Assembly (NCBI GenBank): GCA_028534125.1
Contig: CM052818.1
Coordinates: 1 to 64,000 of the forward strand
From: Lama glama
Lineage: Eukaryota
Direction of reading: 5' to 3'
Length of the DNA stretch: 64,000 nucleotides
A program made the position numbers and the translations under genes. The notes beneath the pieces were generated by a model. The model saw only the letters and a list, made by a program, of their open reading frames with translations. It made no database searches and was not told the origin of the DNA. This document shows positions 50,584 through 63,223 of this stretch, piece after piece; within the stretch, counting starts at the first letter, position 1, and each line of letters opens with the position of its first letter.

Positions 50584-50772
50584 CTAAGCAGAGTGGGACA
50601 CGCTCATCCTGAACATTGGACTTCATGGGCAGATGCCGGCCTTTGAAAAGAATTTGGACAACAGGGAAGCTTTACTCTAAGCACCTGCATTATTCATCCC
50701 CTTCCATTAGACTCCGCTCCTCCATTTCTCCCAGAGCGTCTAGCTGTGAGCTGAGGCCTTGAGCTCACCGCC

Positions 50773-50777
50773 CACAC

Positions 50778-50821
<44 letters not shown>
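50773..50821. repeat. (CA)n microsatellite
   Basis: Seen directly. Confidence 0.95.
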
Positions 50822-50822
<1 letters not shown>

Positions 50823-52008
50823 CCTACTCACACTTCTGGGAGGGAGGGGAGGATGCAGTGGAAATCGCATTATTCACTTTGCCTAACAGGCTCTGCCCTC
50901 CCAGGGCTTGTCCCCACTGCCCCCTCACTCTCAGCAAGTTCAATCTCAGCCCACATTGTTCTCCAAACAACAGCCTCCCCAATCCATAGACAGAAAGTCC
51001 TGGCTTCATAGAGCTTTTTAAGTCACCTGGTAACTGTGTGGCTTTGGAGCTGGGTGAGGTTTGAGCCAAGCGCAACTTGCAAATCTTTCGGTCTGTGTGA
51101 ATCAGTGAGGGACTAAAAGCTTCTGGACCTACTGAGTCATATTGCCAGAGGGGGGGCGGGAGGATTTTTAAAAGGGGGTGGAGTTTGGTGAGCCAGGGTC
51201 ACGATGAGCTTAGAGTTAGTCAGGGGCTGGATCACTCAGGGTCTTGGAGGCCAGAAGAAAGAGTCTGGATTGTATGCTGCTCTAATTTCCTCTTTAATGA
51301 GCTACAAGGTGGGGAGATACTCTACCCTACCAGCTTGCAAGGCTTTCAGCAAAGCTGCTCTGCAGGTGCCCATTGTTATATTAATAATAAAAGCAGTAAT
51401 AATGACAAAACTAACTAACGATCTGTTTTGTTTTGCTTTGTTTCAGCCATGAGGCTAAGTGCATTCTCCACCACATTATAGAACACGTGCTCAGGAATGA
51501 TTGTTTTCAGCCTTTATTGATTGTATCTTGGCCTTTGGGGCTGCAGCCAGAAGACAGTAAAGGTCAGGGGCTCTGAGCAGTATTCATGGATTCGGCACCT
51601 GTGCCTTAGAGCCACCTCCAGGGCCAGGGTTGGCAGGAACAACCTGGCAGATTGGAGGAAACTTTCAAGCAAGTTAATTCTGGCCTATTTAGCCCCAATC
51701 CCACCGCCTTGATTTTATGGATTTTAAACGTATCGACATGAAACCACTTGGGGAGGTGTAGCTGAATGCCCTCCTGTCACTGAGAATTGAAAGGAATGTA
51801 TTGAAAGTGGCTCTTCTTTTCTATGCTGCTGATCGAATGTCATCTTTTACCGAAAGCTCTTAACAGCCCCATTTCTAAATGTTGTTAGAAAGCATGACCC
51901 AAGATCAGCCCCTCTAGAATCAACATTGTCATTTATATTTCATGCTTGTAACATTTAGTTGTCTCACTTTCAACAACTTTATTCAATAACGTCTATCATT
52001 CAGTTACT

Positions 52009-52180
52009 CAGTGGTTCTCAACCCAGGGCAATGTCCGGGGGGCATTTCTGGTTGTCACAACTGGGCAAGGAGAGCTACTGACATCCATTGGATAGACGCC
52101 AGGAAAGCCACTAACATCCTATAATTCACAGGCCAGCCCCCACAACAAAGAAGTGTCTGACCCAAAATGTAGAGTGCCAA
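52009..52180 (+). mobile_element. MER20-like hAT element
   Basis: cagtggttctcaacc...ggttgtcacaactggg...ccccacaacaaagaa...cccaaaatgtagagtgccaa. Confidence 0.75.
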
Positions 52181-52951
52181 AGCATTTTAAGATGACTGGA
52201 TTTTATAAGGTTCAACAGGAGGTTATATTGCTTAACATTGTAAGTTCCCTGAGTTCTTTGCTGATGAATTTTTATGGCCCTATTGGATAATTGGTTACAA
52301 CTCTCTGAAACTTTTCCAGACAAAAATATTTTCCAGTCATGCTTTTGTGTAAAGAATGTTGAGATTTCCACCACCCACATGTTAGAGCTTGTATCAAACA
52401 TACCCAGAGTGGTTTTCAGAGGGAAATCTTGGCCCTCCACGCACATCAGGCATGTGACCTCAGTCAGCACCCTTAATCATCATTACTATCAACACTCAAG
52501 TTCTTGCCCAAGAACATGACTGTGGCAGGGCAGCTGGCAACCCAACAGATCTGCACTCCCTTCTAACGAGCATTTTTAACAGACAGTGGCCAGCTGCTGC
52601 CTCCTCAGCACCCCCCCAGCCACCCCTCTACATCCACATGTGGCCTGGGTGTATATGCCATTTCTGAACCGATATGATTGACAAGAGCCCCACTGTCACC
52701 TCGTCTTCCCCATCTGCTGGCTGTGAGTGGAGCCGGAACGTGGGTGAAGCCCAGGTGGCTGAGTCACCCTTTGGAGGGAGGGGAGCCGTTCACCTGTTTG
52801 GACTCTACATGAGCAGAAATACACTCATGGTCAGCCGCTGAGATTTTGAGGTTTGTCTGGAATGGTAGTTTAGTAGCTAGTGTTACCCCAACCCCTCACC
52901 TCCTGCTTTCTTAATCAGTTAGAAAAACTGCTCCTTATGAAGGATCATCTG

Positions 52952-53302
52952 AAGCAGAGGTCAGCAAACCATGGCACGTGGGCCAAATCAGCTGGCTCCC
53001 TGTTTTTGTTTGGCTACAGTCCACAAGCTAAGAATGGATCTCACACATCTAAATGGTTGGCGGGGGTGAGGGGCCGGGAAACCTCTAAATAATAATTCTA
53101 TCTTTTGACATATGGAAATTACAAGAAATGCAAATTTTGGTGTCCACTAATAAAGTTTTCTGAGAAGCCACTTGTTCACAGATTCTCTGTGGCTGCTTTT
53201 TCCCTACGACAGTGTTGAGTAATTGTAACAGAGGCCTAATGGCCTTAAAATCGGAAATACTGACTATCTGGACCTTTACAGAAAATTTGTCTTCCTCTGG
53301 CT
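52952..53302. mobile_element. MER58-like hAT element
   Basis: cagaggtcagcaaaccatggc...gggccaaatc ... ctatctggacctttacagaaaatttgtcttcctctg with inverted termini. Confidence 0.75.
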
Positions 53303-55303
53303 TGAAAGATATGCAAATCATCTATTCATTTAGAAATAATGTTTAGAGGTTGTCTCCTGCCCCTATTCTGGGTAGGACCAAGAGAGCCTGGAGTTCATGG
53401 TAGGTCTACTTTCTTTTAACACTTTGTAGTACAGCTTTCATTGAATAGTTCCAAGGCACCATTACAGGACGATTTTTGAGGACTCCAGGAGATACTTCTC
53501 TTAGGTCTTGGGACCCAGAAAAATCTGTGCCACTTCCGTTGTGACAATCTCACGACCTCTGTGTGTATGCCTCATGTCTTGTTTGGTCTCCTGGTTTCCC
53601 TGGAAAAGGCCCCACCCCAGTCAGGCCCTAGAGCCCTGAGGCTGAGTCCACGTGACCACTGCTGGGTTCATGGAATCCATACCTACCTGTCTAGTTGTTA
53701 CCGGCCTACCAGCATATCCATCTCTTTCAAGCTCTTTGGACCTTCTTGATGCTTATTTACCTCCAACCTGACCTTCTCATCACCAGCGGTGTGATTTTTC
53801 CCTGCCGGGGCCACCTTCTTTTCCTCAGTCTATCCAGGGTGCTGGTCCTGGCCAAGCTTGTTTCATCCTTCTGCCAATAAATGCCATGTTGTGTCTGCGT
53901 AAAACTGAGCTTTGAAGAATGCCCACACCTAGAAGCAAGGGAAGGGCAAGAAGATATTTGGGGCCAGCCTGTGTTGAGAGCCTCGCTAGGTACCCCTGCG
54001 GCACCTTCACAGCACCATGAAATCATTTTGATTTTGGCCTATAACCCTGTCCTTCAGTGTCTCCCCAGTGCCCAGTACAGAGTGTGGCTGCATACATGGA
54101 TTCAATCAATATTTGTTGAATAAATAAAGGAAAAACTGGAAAGTCAGGAAGGACCTAGAGAGAATTGACTTACTTAAGTCAAGGAAGACAAGTTTTAAGA
54201 AAGAATTAGGAATCTTATGGTTTGCTCCTCACCCGTTGCAGCACTGGTGTGGCAGTTGGTAGGTGACGGTCACCCAAGAGAGGCAAGATAAGTGCCTGTC
54301 CATTCTTGATGCTAAAATGCACTCTTGACGTTATGCTGCCTAAGAGGGTTTCAGTGATGGCTATTTTTTCTTGTGCTACAAGATGCTGCATAATGAGGTA
54401 AGTGCCAGAAACACTGCCATAGAGGCCTGGGACTAATTGGATAACATACTCTTGGTGTATTCTGTGCAAATTATCTGAGTATCCTTGACATTTACCTCTA
54501 ATTCAGTGACTCACAGTCCTGATGTGACTGCTCTCAAGGTGTCTCTAAATAGCTCAAGTATCAGCAGACTCTCCAAATGATGTGAATTTACCTTCATCTG
54601 AATACAGAGTCCCAGGGCCCACCCCCAGGCATATGTAATAGAAATTCTTGGAGTTGGGCCTCGAAACCTGCATTTCTTCACAAAGCTTCTCAGATAGCTC
54701 TGATCTAGCACTTTGGAATCATTGCTCTATTCCATGTCCTCCCATTTTTCCGAACAAGCAAACGAGCCAGGAGAATGTGACTTAGCATTGTCACATTGTG
54801 CCAGGATTGGGGCCAGGATCTTGGCCTCCTGACTCCAGCTCCAGGACTCTCTCTACCATTCTGCTCTGCCTCAAGGTGCCAGACCCTTGAGCCTGACTTC
54901 TAGGGAACTGAGCGAGGCTTACCCACAGCAATCCTGCTCTGCCCGGCCTTGTTCCTAAATGCCAGGCAGCCTGTGGGGGCAGGGAAAGGGGCCGGCAGTG
55001 GGTGTGATGTAATGTGATCTCTCTGAGAGGCTTCTGCAGCCACAGTGGCAGAGCTGTGAGTCTGGTGAGAACCACTGTCCCACTGGTCTGCTGGGAGCCC
55101 TGCCTCCCCATCCCACCCCCACCTCCAGCTGTGTTGGGCTACTATCAACCTCTCCCCACCCCATCTGCCAACAATTCCCCCTTCATTCTGTAGCTCCCCA
55201 GAGGTGAGGCGAAGAGGAGAGACGGTTATGCACATGTCTCCTTAGAATAAATGGCTACAAAGAAAGGAACCTAGGGGTTGTGAGAGGAACGGCTGCCTGG
55301 GCC

Positions 55304-55359
55304 ATTGCCATAGCAACGCCTCCATCCTGCCCTAGCAGCTACGTGCTGCCTGGCACGTG
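55304..55359. promoter_or_regulatory. Candidate distal enhancer: RFX X-box plus HRE and ancillary/E-box
   Basis: attgccatagcaac 55304-55317; TACGTG 55340-55345, 8-nt spacer, CACGTG 55354-55359; lies in non-repeat, mildly CpG-retaining DNA. Confidence 0.45.
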
Positions 55360-56611
55360 CACTGTGTCAGGTCCCTGAGGGCACTGCTGTCTCTCACTCG
55401 CTCATGGTTCAGGAGTGAGTTTTTAATCCTGGTATTCAAATAATAATATCCAAAGGCATCCGTGGGACCTTGAACCAGCTGGAGCTGAAAGCACTTGTCC
55501 GTGGGCCGTCTCTGGAGTGTCCGGGACTCGGGCACCGCTCTCTTCCTCCTTCCGCAGGGCTGGCATGCGGTGGCTGTTTAAGTACTGTTGCATGAATGGC
55601 TGAACAAATGAGAATTTCTCTGAGGCTCGGTAAATTCTTCTGGAGGTGAGAGAAAAACCACAGTAGAGTAAGATAGGCCCCCTCCAGTTAGGGGAGACAC
55701 ACAGTGATCTCCAAGTTACTTCTAAGAGCCTCCCCTCTTCACGCCTTGCAAACTGCGTGCGCCGGCCCCTCTGGGCTGCAAGCCGCCACCGCTGAGGAGT
55801 CAGTAACAAAGTGTCTCCCCTGCCTGGGGCATGTGACCTCCTTCCTCTGCAGAATCATCCTCCCATACCTCTCCCACAAAACACAGACACACAGACACCC
55901 CCCCAACACACACACACACTTTGGGAGAAAATCACACACTTTGGGTGAAATCTCCGTGATGAACATGTTTATAGGGAGAGAGAAGATGCTTGGACACCTG
56001 CGAAGGATTTGCCATCGTCATCAGAGCCCAGAGCACATTTAAAAACAGAGATCTTCAATATTCTTCGAGGGTGGCTTTTGAATTTGGAAATACCAAACAA
56101 GACTGGTGAACAAATTAGGTAAATAAACCAGATCATACCATTGGGTATAAAAGACTCCTTACACTTAAATAAATTGAGAGGCTTGGATTTTGTTTGTGTT
56201 TGGTTTTGTTTTTGTTTTTGCAGGGTCAGTGAGTCATTCGGGAAACATTCTGTGGGTGTGTTCCATGATCATTTCAGGGCCTGGGGACCCGGAGAAGTGG
56301 GGACCTGGGGTGGGATAGGATCTAAGGGTGAGAAGGGAGTCTCAGTCCCTGGGGAGACAAACAGGACAGAGCTGCACGCCGCCCCTGCACTGGGCCTCAG
56401 ACCCCATCCAGTGCGACACCTCCAATCCACCAGCCCCTCCCTCTCTCTGGCCCCCTGCCCAGTGACAAAGGTTTGCCGAAAACGCCTAGAGGAAATTCAG
56501 CGGCACAGGCAGCCCATCACTGCAGGTTTTATGAGGCCCTCAACGCTGCCCATTGTTATCTTCTGAGCCTCCTTAATGGCTCACTTGCTTTCACAAGCTG
56601 TTTTGAATTTT

Positions 56612-56783
56612 TTAAAATATATTTTACTTATTTATTATTGTATGATTTAATTATTTTATTTTGGCAGTGGGGGGGCAGGTATTTAGGTTCTTTTTTTTTT
56701 TTCTAGAGGAGGTACTGGGGATTGAACCCAGGATCTCATGCATGCGAGCATGCACTCTACCCCTTGAGCTATGCCCTTCCCCC
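56612..56783 (-). mobile_element. Vic-1-like SINE
   Basis: gaggaggtactggggattgaacccaggatctcatgcatgc...gagctatgcccttcccc. Confidence 0.85.
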
Positions 56784-57321
56784 TCCGGCTGTGAATTTTA
56801 ACCACTCTCCTCATGCCCCTGGGCCACCATCTCCTCCCTCACGAGGCACAGATAACTCATCTCATATCTTCCAGAGAAAATAGAGATTCTGAGACTGGAG
56901 CTCCCTCAACCCCACCCCCATACACCCATTTTCATCTTTCTAGGGACCAATCAGCCCCTTACCTCTTCCAGCTCAGGGAAGGAGGCGGGTCTGCTCTTGT
57001 CCAAATCTAAGGCCTCCTGTGTGATCCTGAGTTCACTCCCCAGGTAACTGGCCCCAGGAGCCTCTTCCTTTCTAGCAATGTTATCCCCACATCACAGGAA
57101 CATACCAAGGCTCGCCCAGCAGTTTAAAAGCAGCCAGACCCGCAACAACAAACCCTTGACACTTTGTCTCTTCCAGGCACTGTTTTATACCACGCTTTTC
57201 CTCTCCAGTGGAAGTTTATTTCAAGAAGAAAGAATTCTTTTGGAACGGTTAAACATTCTTAGGGGTTTTTTTTAAATCAGTATTTTAAGTTAAAAAAATT
57301 TTTTTCTTAGCCAAGAAACTG

Positions 57322-57995
57322 TTTTTTTAATTGAAGTATAGTCAGTTCACCATGTGCCTATTTCTTGTGTACAGCACAGTGTCCCAGTCACACATATGCA
57401 TACATGTTTGTCTTCATATTATTTTTCATTGAAGGTTATTGCAAGATATTGACTATAGTTCCTTGTGCTCTACAGTAGAAATTTGTTTCTTATCTATTTT
57501 TATACAGAGTGGTTATCATTTGCAAATCTCTAACTCCCAGATTTATCCCTTCCCGTTCCCTTCCCCCTCCATAACCATAAGATTGTTTACTAAGGCTGCA
57601 AGTCTGTTTCTGTTTTGTAGATGAGTTCATTAGTGTCCCTTTTTTCTTTTTCTTTGTTTTTTTTTAATTCCACACATGAGTGATATCATATGGTATTTTT
57701 CTTTTGCTTTCTGGCTTACTTCACTTAGACTGATGATCTCCAGGTTCATCCATGTTGCTGCAAATGGCATTATTTCATTCTTTTTATCACTGAGTAGTAT
57801 TCCATTGTATAAATATACCACCACTTCTTTATCCAGTCATCTGTTGATGGACATTTAGGTTGCTTCCATGTCTTGGCTATTGTAAATAGTGCTGCTATGA
57901 ACATTGGGGTGCACATATCTTTTCAAATTAGAGTTCCTTCTGCATAAATGCCCTGCAAGCCCACTCCTGGGCACATGTCTGGAGGGAACTCCAAT
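57322..57995 (-). mobile_element. 5'-truncated L1 3' end with short inverted piece at its 5' junction
   Basis: Translates to NGILLSDKKNEIMPFAATWMNLEIISLSEVSQ on the minus strand; poly-T at 57322; 57960-57995 is L1 in + orientation. Confidence 0.88.
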
Positions 57996-59028
57996 CAATA
58001 TTTTTAGAAGCCAACAAGGTCGTCATTTTTTTAAATTTTTTTAATTTAAATATTGTCAATTTACAGTGTATACAATGTCTTCTTTAAATCCCAGTTCTCT
58101 TTTCAGAGGCTACCTTTTTCCCACCATTTTCTTTTATACAGAGAATTATGTCTATTTTTACCTTTTCTCTTGCTATTCTCACATAGTGACAAGCATTCCA
58201 TATTAGCATATATAGATCTGCCCTATTTTTTCCCAATATCCCACAGGGTACTCCAAAGTACACAAAATAGATATATCAAAATGTATTTGACAAGTCTTCC
58301 TTTGGTGCATGTTTGGATCCCTCTTTTGCTCTTTCAAATAATATTTCAGTTACTCATCATACACTGATGCTATTCTGAATACAAATGTTTCTATAGAATA
58401 AATTCCTAGGTGTGGAATTATGGGAGCAAGCTGTGTGCACATTGGGGACTGCAAAAGATGTTGCCAAACAGGCCCACCATAGAAAATGTACCCATTTACA
58501 CTCCCACCAGCAAAGAATAAGAGTGACTATTTCCTAACTCCTTAACAACATGGAGGTGTCCAACTTTTTTTTTTACCTTTCTCAGTCTAAGTGAAAATGA
58601 TATTTTAATATAGTTTTAATTTCATTTTCCCTTACAATTGGTGAGGATTTTTTTTTCATGTGCTTAAGAACCTTTTGTATTTTCTTTTCTGTAAACTGTT
58701 CATCTCTTTTGTCCATTCTTACACTGGGTGGCTCTCTTATTGACATGTGGAAGCTTTTTATGTTAAGTCCCTTTTTATGATGGGTTACCTTATTTTTTCC
58801 AATTTGTTGCTTATATTTTGATTGTGCCTATGATGGTTTTTGTAATGCAGTTTTTGATTGTGGAAATGTATAAACAACATGAAATTCATCATTGTAACTA
58901 GCTTTAAGTATATAGTTCAGTGGCATTAAGTGTATTTACATTAAGTGCAACCATCATCACCATCCATCTCCAGAACTCTGCATCTTCCTGAACTGAAGCT
59001 CCAGACCCATTCGACTGAATTTATCACT

Positions 59029-59171
59029 ATTTTGTTTTTTTTAATTTTTTTTTTTGGTGGGGGTGAGGTAATTAGGTTTTTATTTATTTTTAGAGGAGGT
59101 ACTGGGGATTGAACCCAGGACCTCTTGCATGCTAAGCACACGTTCCACTGCTTGAGCTATACCCTTCCCCC
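59029..59171 (-). mobile_element. Vic-1-like SINE
   Basis: Typical body and T-rich tail. Confidence 0.88.
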
Positions 59172-59173
59172 AT

Positions 59174-59345
59174 TCACCTTTTTCTTTTGAACTTTGGAGT
59201 TGTATATGAAACATAGAAAAGCTTTCTCTTTTCCCAGATTTTTTTTTAAGTAACTGCACACTGCTGAATTTATCACCTCTTTCTTTTGAACTTTGGAGTT
59301 TTATATAATACATAGAAAAGCTTTCTCTTTTCCCAGACTTTTTTT
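59174..59345. repeat. Imperfect tandem duplication, period 99 bp
   Basis: ttcttttgaactttggagtt...catagaaaagctttctcttttcccaga starts at 59182 and at 59281. Confidence 0.9.
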
Positions 59346-59499
59346 CTTAATCTAGAATTTTTTTTTTCTTTTGATCAATGTTTCTCAGTCCTGGCTGCAT
59401 TCCAATTATTGGGGGAGCTTTTAAAAATTATGAGTGTCTAGGCCTTACCTCCACAGATTTTGATTTAAGTAGCTTGGGATGGGACCCAAACACTGGTAA

Positions 59500-59915
59500 T
59501 TTTTTTTGAAGTATAGTTGGTATACAATAATATATAAGTTGCAGGTGTACAATATAGTGATTCACAATTTTTAAAGGTTACACTCCATTTATAGTTATTA
59601 TAAAATATTGACTATATTCCCCGTGTTGTACAATCCATCCTTGTAGCTTATTTTATACATAGTTTGTGCCTCTTAATCCCCTTCCCCTTTGCCCCTCCCC
59701 CTTCCCTCTCCCTGCTGGTAACCACTAGTTCCTTCTCTACATCTTTGAGTCTGTTTCTTTTACGTTATATTCACTAGTTTGTTGTATTTTTTAGATTCCA
59801 CATATAAATGATATCCTACAGTATCTGTCTTTCTCTGTCTGACTAATTTTACTTCGTATGATGCCTTCCAAGTCCATCCATGTTGCTTCAAATGGCAAAA
59901 GTTTATTCTTTTTTA
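59500..59915 (-). mobile_element. L1 3'-UTR fragment inserted in a MER5-like element (59375-59980)
   Basis: Poly-T and L1 3' UTR flanked by tggtaatt on both sides; MER5-like halves on either side. Confidence 0.8.
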
Positions 59916-60589
59916 TGGTAATTCTTAAATAAATTCCTGGGGTGATTCTGAAGCTCAGCCAGCATTGAGAATGACTGTTTTTGCATGTTTATAATTTCAT
60001 CATATTTTAAAGCTTTTGGCTCATCTGGAATTTAAACTAAGAATGATGTGGAAGTTAATCTAGTTTTTTTTCCAGATGATCCATTTAATAAATGTGAACT
60101 ATCCAAACTGACTTCAGAAGTGAGAGAAATTCCTGCCCCCAGCACATAGTATTTGGGTGTTTGGAGGCAAGTGAAACTCTCTATGTCTCAGTTTCTTCAT
60201 ATGTAAAATGGGAATAGTGATAATATTTCATACAAGTATTTAATATTTAATAATTTATTTCATTTACTATTTGATATCTAATTCAACCTTAATCTATTAA
60301 TTTAATTGTTAAATTAAATATTATTAAGATTAATAGTACCATATTAAGATAAAATATTAAAATAAAATATTAATATGATATTATTAATGTGACCGCTATT
60401 GTTTCAGTTCAACAAATGAACACACGCAGAGCCAACACAGATCTGATGTAATGTTATATAATCATTACAAATTACACCTTAAAAGAATTTAGTTTAAGTG
60501 AAAAGAGGCTATAAAATTAACTTATTTAGATAAAAATGCATATACATTAAATACTGCAAAGAAATACACCAACGTATTAGCTGTGATTA

Positions 60590-61135
60590 TGTTACCGGAA
60601 AACTGGGTCCACTTGTTGGTAGGTGTTGAGCCAAAAGACACAACTTCTCTCGGGAGAAGGAAGGATTCATTCTTGCAGCAAGTAAGGAGAACATGTGGAT
60701 GTTTCCGAAAGCAGCGTCTCCCATCACAAAATTGGAGAAGTCTCAAGCTAAAGGTACGTGCAAATTCATGAAGGGGCTTGGGCCGTCAACAGAGTCCAAG
60801 CTTTAGTTGATGGAAGTCACAAGGGTCAGAAAAGGTCAGCATCATCGACCCTTGGTTCCAGCTGATCTGCTGATTGAGCACTTCAGACTAATCTTTGCCT
60901 TTGAAACAGAACTGGGAGTCTTTACAACTGACACGCTATCTTTGCTATTGTTACTTCTCTTACCTGTATTCTTTCACTCCCTTAAGCCCATTAATTACTG
61001 AGACCTGTTCAAAGGCAAGCATCGCGGCCAGGCTTAGATCACACAATGGCTTGAGCCAAAAATGGCTTCTCTTATGTCAAGAAAGCCTTGCCTGGTTCTC
61101 TTTCTCTGGAGACTCTCTACCTTATCTGCTTACAG
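60590..61135 (-). mobile_element. ERV solo LTR (family not identified)
   Basis: tgttacc ... gcttaca (TG...CA) termini; interrupts an older L1M-like stretch. Confidence 0.65.
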
Positions 61136-61654
61136 TCATATTTGGGTGAAAGGAGAACATGAATTCTTTTTTTTTTCCTTACTTTTCCTATATTTATCAA
61201 GTTGCCTACAATGAGCAGGTACTGATTATATCTAGGGTGGGAAGGGGAAGGAGGTTTTGAAAATTGCTAAGACAGGTCTGTCGATCTGGATTCCATCCTT
61301 CAGCATCTGCCCAGCACTGTTCAAAGAGCCTGTTCAGTATATCGCATTCGTGTTGTGGAGAGCTTTATTGGGGGGGAGGGGGAGGCCAGCATTAGGACTC
61401 AGCCTCCAGACATACTCTGGACTCTTCTAACGTGGCTAACTGCCCTTGAATCCAGCATTGTGCTATCACTTTATCAACAGTGTCATAAAAGACCTTATCA
61501 AAAGCCTTGCAAAAGCCTCCATTTATTTGTTCAGTCAACAAATGTCGACTGAGTCTCTATTATGCTCCAGGCCTTGTGTCTGTCTATTTCCTTAACAGAT
61601 GAGCCTAGAAATAATATTAAAGAAAGAAAAAGGTCAGGCTGAAATATTCTGTTT

Positions 61655-61787
61655 ATTTTTCTTCTTTTGTTGTGGGGGGGAGTGGTAATTAGGTTTATTT
61701 GTTTATTTTTAAAGGAGATACTGGAGGTTGAACCCAGGACCTCATGCATGCTAAGCACATGCTCTACCACTTGAGCTGTACCCTCCC
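61655..61787 (-). mobile_element. Vic-1-like SINE
   Basis: Typical body; TSD ctgaaatattctgttt (61639-61654) / ctgacgtattctgttt (61788-61803). Confidence 0.88.
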
Positions 61788-62288
61788 CTGACGTATTCTG
61801 TTTTTAAAAATCTCACAGTGAATGCCAGTGATTTTTTGCTTTCCCCAAAGTCTCACCAACTTCATTATTATTTTTTTAAGTAGTGTCATCTAGCGTCTGG
61901 TCTGGGACTGAAGGCAAACACAGCCAGTGGTATTTGAGCAAACTGTGTTCTACCCCTTAGGCATCCAAATGATTTTTATTTGGTTCTTTTCTTCCAGGCC
62001 TTCTGTCATTGCCCTAAAATGGCGCAGTGAGCACCAGTGGGGCCATTCCTCTGTCCTGCAAACCTTCCAGGAACTGGGCTCCCGGTTCTTTGCACCGGGA
62101 GTCTGGAACTCAACGAGACCAACAAAATCCTGGAAACTCTTCCCCTATCTTGGCATTCATGTGGGAGAAGCCCACAGGGACTCCCAGAGACTTTTAAATG
62201 CTAGAGAAAATTTCTCTGACCTCACTCAAATTCTTTAGAAGCTTCTAAACACCACTAAAAATACTTACTTTAACAAAGATAAAACCTA

Positions 62289-62436
62289 TGGGGGAAGAGG
62301 GTAGAGCTGAGAGAGAGAGTGCCTGCTTAGCATGCACAACGTCTTGGGCTTAACCTCCAGTACCTCCACTAAAAATAATAATGAAATAAACCTCATTGCC
62401 TCCTGCCCCCTGAATAAATACATAAATACATAAATA
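62289..62436 (+). mobile_element. Vic-1-like SINE (more diverged)
   Basis: Typical body; TSD ataaaaccta at 62279-62288 and 62437-62446. Confidence 0.85.
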
Positions 62437-62974
62437 ATAAAACCTAAAAGTAAAAGCAGGTCTGTTCTTTCCTAATGCATAAAGGACTACTCTAAACTGT
62501 TAGATAATAAATCGAAACTTCAAAGAGCTGAACGGTGATTACTTGAATGAATGGCAAATGAATAAATGAGTGAGTGCTCTATAGTAACACAGAGTAGGTC
62601 TAACTAACGCAGACCACATAACGAGAGGTGCCAACTGTGGGAAAGCACTTTCCACTTTCAAATTTAGAAGGAAATTAGATATATGATCCTAAGTTCTTTT
62701 TTAAGGTTGTGCAGAAACATTTAAAATAATGCGGTCTTTAATATGGTGTCTTAGTGTAGCAAGGAGAAAATTTTTCCAGGGGGGTCCTTATTTTGGGCAG
62801 CATCTATTTCACACATATAACTCAGGACTTCAGAGAATGAAAGTTTCTTAAGCAAGTGGTTCCAGAAGTTTGATCTCTAACTTTCAGCATAACTCAGAAT
62901 CCTCTGGAAGTCTTGCTAAAATATGGATTGCTGGTTCCCACCTCTGACTTTCTGATTAAGCAGGTCTGGGATGC

Positions 62975-63223
62975 AGGGAAAAGGAAGAAAGAAAGAGAGA
63001 AAAAGGAAGAAAGAAAGAGAGAAAAAGAAAGAAAGGAAAGAGAGAAAGAGAAAGAAAGAAAAGAGAGAAAGAGAGAAAGAGAAAGAAAGAAAAGGAAAGA
63101 AAGAAAGAAAGAAAGAAAGAGAAAAAGGAAGGAAGAAAGAAAGAAAAAGAAGAAGGAAGGAAGGAGGAGGGAGGGAAGGAGGAAAGAAAGGAAGAAAAGA
63201 AAGAGAGAAAGGAAGGAAGGAAA
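62975..63223. repeat. ~250-bp polypurine (GAAA/GGAA/GA) low-complexity tract
   Basis: Only A and G on the plus strand over this interval. Confidence 0.95.
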
